Made by a program: the position numbers and the translations under genes
Assembly (NCBI GenBank): GCA_963729895.1
Contig: CAVSQB010000028.1
Coordinates: 96,001-160,000, forward strand
Direction: 5' to 3'
DNA: 64,000 nucleotides
From: an uncultured Fibrobacterota bacterium
Lineage (GTDB): Bacteria > Fibrobacterota > Chitinivibrionia > Chitinivibrionales > FEN-1185
Notes under the pieces: model-generated
Database searches by the model: none
What the model was told of the DNA's origin: nothing
Seen by the model: the letters and a program-made list of their open reading frames with translations, nothing else
Shown here: positions 60,156-64,000 of the stretch, piece by piece
Layout: each line of letters starts with the position of its first letter
Numbering within the stretch: the stretch's first letter is position 1

Positions 60156-61976
60156 ATGATCCGACGCCGTTTTTTCGTTCTTTCGTGCGCCGTTGCCTTG
60201 CTGTGGTGTGCAAGCGCCCGTGCAGCGGTCGACGATCCCCAAGTGGTTTTCAAAAAAGCCACCGAGTACTACAAGCAGTCGCGATTCGATTCGTGCTCGG
60301 CAATCATCAGGGCTTTTCTCAAGATCCGCGGTAACGACAATGCGGCCGAATATCTGGTGCCGCTGCTCATCGAATCGAGTATCCGCGAAAAGGACTATGC
60401 CCTGGGCGGACGGCTGTTCCAGATCTACCTCAAGAAATTTCCCACGTCCGCATTCATGCCGCGCTTGTGGTACCTCGACGGCATATTTCTTACCAAAAGC
60501 GAAAATTACAGTGCTGCGCTCGCGGCCTTTTCCAACGCGCTGTCGGGCGGCGTGAGCGCCGGGCTCGACACGCTCACGCTTGACAATGTGCAGAAGATCT
60601 GCGAGAATGTCCTTACCGCCGATGAAATCGAGGCGCTCCTGCCGCGCCCCGACCTGCACCCGCGTATCGTCGAGGCGCTCGCCTACTACGAGATTGTAAA
60701 ACTGTACGACGGCGGCCAACTTGTACGCGCAAAGGAAAAGGCGGAGCAGTATCTGAAGACCTACGACCGCGCTCCGCACACCGCATCTGTAAAGGAATAC
60801 GACGCCAAGGCCCAAGACCAGCAGCGCGGGATGGTGCAAATCGGAATGTTGGCGCCGCTGTCCGGAGACGAATCCGACATCGGCAGGCAGATTGTGCAGG
60901 GCGCCCAGATTGCCTTCGACCAGTATACAGCCGCGTCGGGCACGAAACTCAAGCTGGTGATGTGCGACACCCGCGGCAGCATGATCGAAACCGCAAAGAA
61001 GACAAAGGAACTCCTGTACGAGCACCGCGTGCCCATCGTCCTTGGCCCCGTGCTCAGCCAGAACGCCGTAGTGGCGGCCTCCATTCTTATGGAGAAAGAC
61101 GCAGTAATGCTGTCGCCCACGGCGAACGACGACGGCATTGCCGGGCTGGGGTCCAATATTTTCCAGATGAACGTGACGCTCGGCACCCTGGGCGCCAAGA
61201 TCGCCCGCTATGCCATGGACAACCTTAACATACGTGATTTTGCCATTATCGCGCCCGCAACCGATTACGCGGCCGCGCTGTCCAGCGGGTTCCGGCAGGA
61301 GGTCGAAAAGAGCGGCCGCGAGATGGTTTCGGAAGAAACCTACGAAGAGGGAACAAAGGATTTCAAGGTGCAGTTCGACAACCTGAAAACCAAGCTTATC
61401 ATGCGAAAGCAGCAACGCACGCCCGTCGAGAAGAGCCTTGCCGGAGACGCGATGCCCTCGCCCAAGACCGACCCCAAACTCGCGGCTGCTGCGGATTCGG
61501 GCTACGAGATCGGCGGGATTTTTCTACCCGCCGAGTCGGAAGACGTGGTGATGCTGGCGCCGCAGGTCGCGTATCACCGCATGAAAACGCAGTTGCTCGG
61601 GTCCACCGGCTGGCACAATCCAAAGACGATTGTTGACGGAAAAGAATACGTGAACAACGCGCTGTTCTCGTCGAATCTCCCGGCGGGCCCGGGCGAAAGC
61701 AAGGAGTGGCTGGCGTTTAAGGCCCTGTACCGGGCACGGTTCGGCGCCGACCCGGATCGCGTGGCAGCGCTCGGTTTTGATGGGGCATCGCTTATCGCCG
61801 CGGCGCTCCGGCAGGCGGGGGCGTCGGCGTCCGCGCAGCAGATTTCCCAGGCGCTCGCATCAATCAAGAACTACAAAGGGGCGTCCGGTCCTATTTCGTT
61901 CGACCCGGCGCAGCGGATCAATACCGAGGCTTCTATCATCAAGATACGGGACAAGCAATTTATCCGGGTTCAGTGA
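60156..61976 (+). CDS. LpoA-like penicillin-binding protein activator (TPR + periplasmic binding type I domain)
   Basis: Signal peptide, TPR-like helices, IGMLAPLSG, IVLGPVLS, ALGFDGA, GASGPISF. Confidence 0.75.
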   Translation: MIRRRFFVLSCAVALLWCASARAAVDDPQVVFKKATEYYKQSRFDSCSAIIRAFLKIRGNDNAAEYLVPLLIESSIREKDYALGGRLFQIYLKKFPTSAFMPRLWYLDGIFLTKSENYSAALAAFSNALSGGVSAGLDTLTLDNVQKICENVLTADEIEALLPRPDLHPRIVEALAYYEIVKLYDGGQLVRAKEKAEQYLKTYDRAPHTASVKEYDAKAQDQQRGMVQIGMLAPLSGDESDIGRQIVQGAQIAFDQYTAASGTKLKLVMCDTRGSMIETAKKTKELLYEHRVPIVLGPVLSQNAVVAASILMEKDAVMLSPTANDDGIAGLGSNIFQMNVTLGTLGAKIARYAMDNLNIRDFAIIAPATDYAAALSSGFRQEVEKSGREMVSEETYEEGTKDFKVQFDNLKTKLIMRKQQRTPVEKSLAGDAMPSPKTDPKLAAAADSGYEIGGIFLPAESEDVVMLAPQVAYHRMKTQLLGSTGWHNPKTIVDGKEYVNNALFSSNLPAGPGESKEWLAFKALYRARFGADPDRVAALGFDGASLIAAALRQAGASASAQQISQALASIKNYKGASGPISFDPAQRINTEASIIKIRDKQFIRVQ

Positions 61977-62046
61977 CAAGAAGAAAATAATTCCTCATTC
62001 CCGATTTTGGGCCGGCGGCGCCCGCCGTTCGCCGCAAGAAGCACTC

Positions 62047-62910
62047 ATGAATCTCTTCTATTTCATCAAGGAAGCTTTCCGCGGCTTCTACCAGGCAAAG
62101 CTCATGACCTTTGTCTCGGTGGCGACCATCGGACTCACCCTCTTCTTTCTGGGTTGCATGGCGGTCGGGTACGTGAATATCCGGCAGGGGCTCAAGGCGG
62201 TGAGCGAGAGCGTCGCAGCGGTTGTGTATGTGAAGGACAACGTGGCCGCGGACGCCGCGAAGCTTGCCGGCCTCGTTGAGCACGTGAAGGCCTGCCCGCA
62301 GGTCGCATCGGTTCATGTGGTTGACAAGAAAGAGGCATGGGACCGGTTCAAGGCGCAGAACGACAGCGCAATGCTCCAGGCCGTTGACGAAAATCCGTTC
62401 CCGGTGTCGCTCGAGCTCACGCTGTGGAGCCAGTCGCAGTCGGTATCCGCCACCGAAGCGCTATCCCGGGAGCTTTCCCAGCTCGACGGCGTCGAGGAGG
62501 TCCAGATGTCGAGGCAGGAGGTACAGAAGCTCGAACGATACAGGACCCTGTTTCTCATCGGGACCATCATCTTCTGCCTGGTGCTGGTGGTCGCGCCCAC
62601 CATCATGATCTCCAACACCATCAAACTCACGATTTACGCACGGCGGGAGCTTATCCGCAACATGCATTTTGTAGGCGCCACAACCGGATACATCAGGGCC
62701 CCGTTCATCCTCGAAGGCATGCTGCAGGGCATCATTGGCGGGTGTCTCGGCTCCATCGCGCTCCTTCTTGTGAAGGCATCGCTTTCGCATTTCGTCCTCG
62801 CGTGGGGGCCCTGGCCCTGGTACGTGGTGGTCACACTTTTTGCCGCGATAGGAGCGTTGTTCGGGTGTACAGGAAGCATGAGCGCGGTTCGCAGATTCCT
62901 CGTCTCCTGA
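62047..62910 (+). CDS. ftsX: Cell division permease FtsX
   Basis: YFIKEAFRG, ENPFPVS, ISNTIKLTIYARR..MHFVGAT..IRAPFILEG. Confidence 0.93.
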   Translation: MNLFYFIKEAFRGFYQAKLMTFVSVATIGLTLFFLGCMAVGYVNIRQGLKAVSESVAAVVYVKDNVAADAAKLAGLVEHVKACPQVASVHVVDKKEAWDRFKAQNDSAMLQAVDENPFPVSLELTLWSQSQSVSATEALSRELSQLDGVEEVQMSRQEVQKLERYRTLFLIGTIIFCLVLVVAPTIMISNTIKLTIYARRELIRNMHFVGATTGYIRAPFILEGMLQGIIGGCLGSIALLLVKASLSHFVLAWGPWPWYVVVTLFAAIGALFGCTGSMSAVRRFLVS

Positions 62911-64000
62911 TAGCGGTTCTCGTTATCGGAATCTGCTCCCCCCTGTTTGCAAAAAACAACAAGAAAGCTGTTGCCCCAAGGCCGGCCCCGAGCGTCGATT
63001 ACGAAAAAAAAATCGAAGAAAAGAACGTCGCGCTCGATTCCATCAAGACTGAGCTTGAAAAAGGCAGGGAGAGACTGCGCCAACTCCAGAACCAGGAAGG
63101 AACGGTGGTTGCCCAGCTTGAACAGGTTGAGAAGAACATTGCGATATCGGAAAATTACCTGCGCCGTATGGCCGCAAAGATCGACTCCGTGTCGCACTCG
63201 ATTATCCACCTCGGCGGACAGCTTGATTCCGCAACCATGGAACTGGCGTGGCGACAGTCCGTCATGAAGAAACGGCTACGCGCCATGTACAAGGCGGGAC
63301 CGGCGGACCTGCCGCGGCTCATGCTTTCCTCGCGCAGCGTGTCGGACATGCTCCACCGCGCGCGGTACTTCCGGGAACTCATCCGGTACGACCGGCAGCT
63401 TGTGGCGAACATTGACACAACGAGAAGGAAGATAGAAACAAGCAAGGCCGCGCTCGAACGCGAAGAAAAACGGCTCACGCTTCTCAAACGCGACAAGGAG
63501 ACCGAGCATGAGGCCTTTGTGGCCGAGCAGTCGTCGCACGAAAAGCTGCTCGGCGAGGTCCGGTCGCAAAAAGAAGCCTATGTCAAGATGATACGGGAGC
63601 TCGAGGCCGCGCAAAAAGAGCTGCAGAACATCGTCGCCATACTCGAGAAGAACAGGCGCTCCAAGGTCCGCACTCCCTACGAGCGAAGCCTGAACGCCAC
63701 GTTCGAAAAGAACAAAGGCAGGCTGCCATGGCCCGTGGACGGGAACGTTGTCACCGATTTCGGCAAGGTGGTGCATTCGGTGTACAAGACCGTTACCATG
63801 AACACGGGCGTCGACATCAGCGCGTCAAAAGGGGAAAAGGTGTATTGTGTCGCATCCGGAAAGGTTGCCTACGTGGGCTGGATGCGCGGCCTGGGCAAGA
63901 TCGTGATTGTGGACCACGGCGGCTACTACACCACTTATGCGCGGCTCGAAGAGGCGCTCGCCACCAAAGACGAAAAAGTGGAAAGCGGCTCGGCGCTCGG
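62865..64000 (+). CDS. envC: EnvC-like murein hydrolase activator (coiled coil + degenerate M23/LytM), 3' end off window
   Basis: Manual translation from GTG at 62865: signal LLIAVLVIGICSPLFA, long coiled coil, KGRLPWPVDG, NTGVDI and TTYARL in place of the HxxxD/HxH zinc ligands; follows ftsX. Confidence 0.85.
   Translation, partial: MYRKHERGSQIPRLLIAVLVIGICSPLFAKNNKKAVAPRPAPSVDYEKKIEEKNVALDSIKTELEKGRERLRQLQNQEGTVVAQLEQVEKNIAISENYLRRMAAKIDSVSHSIIHLGGQLDSATMELAWRQSVMKKRLRAMYKAGPADLPRLMLSSRSVSDMLHRARYFRELIRYDRQLVANIDTTRRKIETSKAALEREEKRLTLLKRDKETEHEAFVAEQSSHEKLLGEVRSQKEAYVKMIRELEAAQKELQNIVAILEKNRRSKVRTPYERSLNATFEKNKGRLPWPVDGNVVTDFGKVVHSVYKTVTMNTGVDISASKGEKVYCVASGKVAYVGWMRGLGKIVIVDHGGYYTTYARLEEALATKDEKVESGSAL

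Overview
A GC-rich bacterial chromosomal window. The gene content, the Fibrobacterota-type C-terminal sorting domain on a GH16 enzyme and the FGE-sulfatase lipoprotein suggest phylum Fibrobacterota, class Chitinivibrionia (inference only). Most genes are housekeeping: yicC-rpoZ-coaBC-udg-dnaB-mlaE-mlaF-radA; recG; tRNA-Lys; mfd-PPIase-surA-methyltransferase-ftsE-epimerase; an SLBB polysaccharide exporter; recF-dciA-gyrB-surE-gyrA; greA; hemW; nrdJ with tandem NrdR boxes; prfB with its programmed +1 frameshift; a Nif3-like gene; an LpoA-like gene; ftsX-envC. An accessory-looking block at about 11.4-27.1 kb holds a kinase-like membrane protein, hypothetical OM/lipoproteins, DUF6599, DUF362, UbiA, GT2 and an intact IS1595-family element with an 8-bp TSD. 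A HigBA-like locus follows the tRNA. The best candidates for undescribed biology are: (1) an MlaF ABC ATPase fused to a catalytically degenerate GGDEF domain that keeps its RxxD I-site, a possible c-di-GMP-gated lipid transporter; (2) a five-copy modular intergenic element with compensatory base changes and a variable-copy ~43-bp tandem unit; (3) two 97-bp inverted-repeat elements whose 41-bp cores are flipped relative to their arms; (4) an apparently leaderless toxin gene whose natural start codon reads ATA. All calls come from reading the sequence and motifs by eye; no database searches were run.
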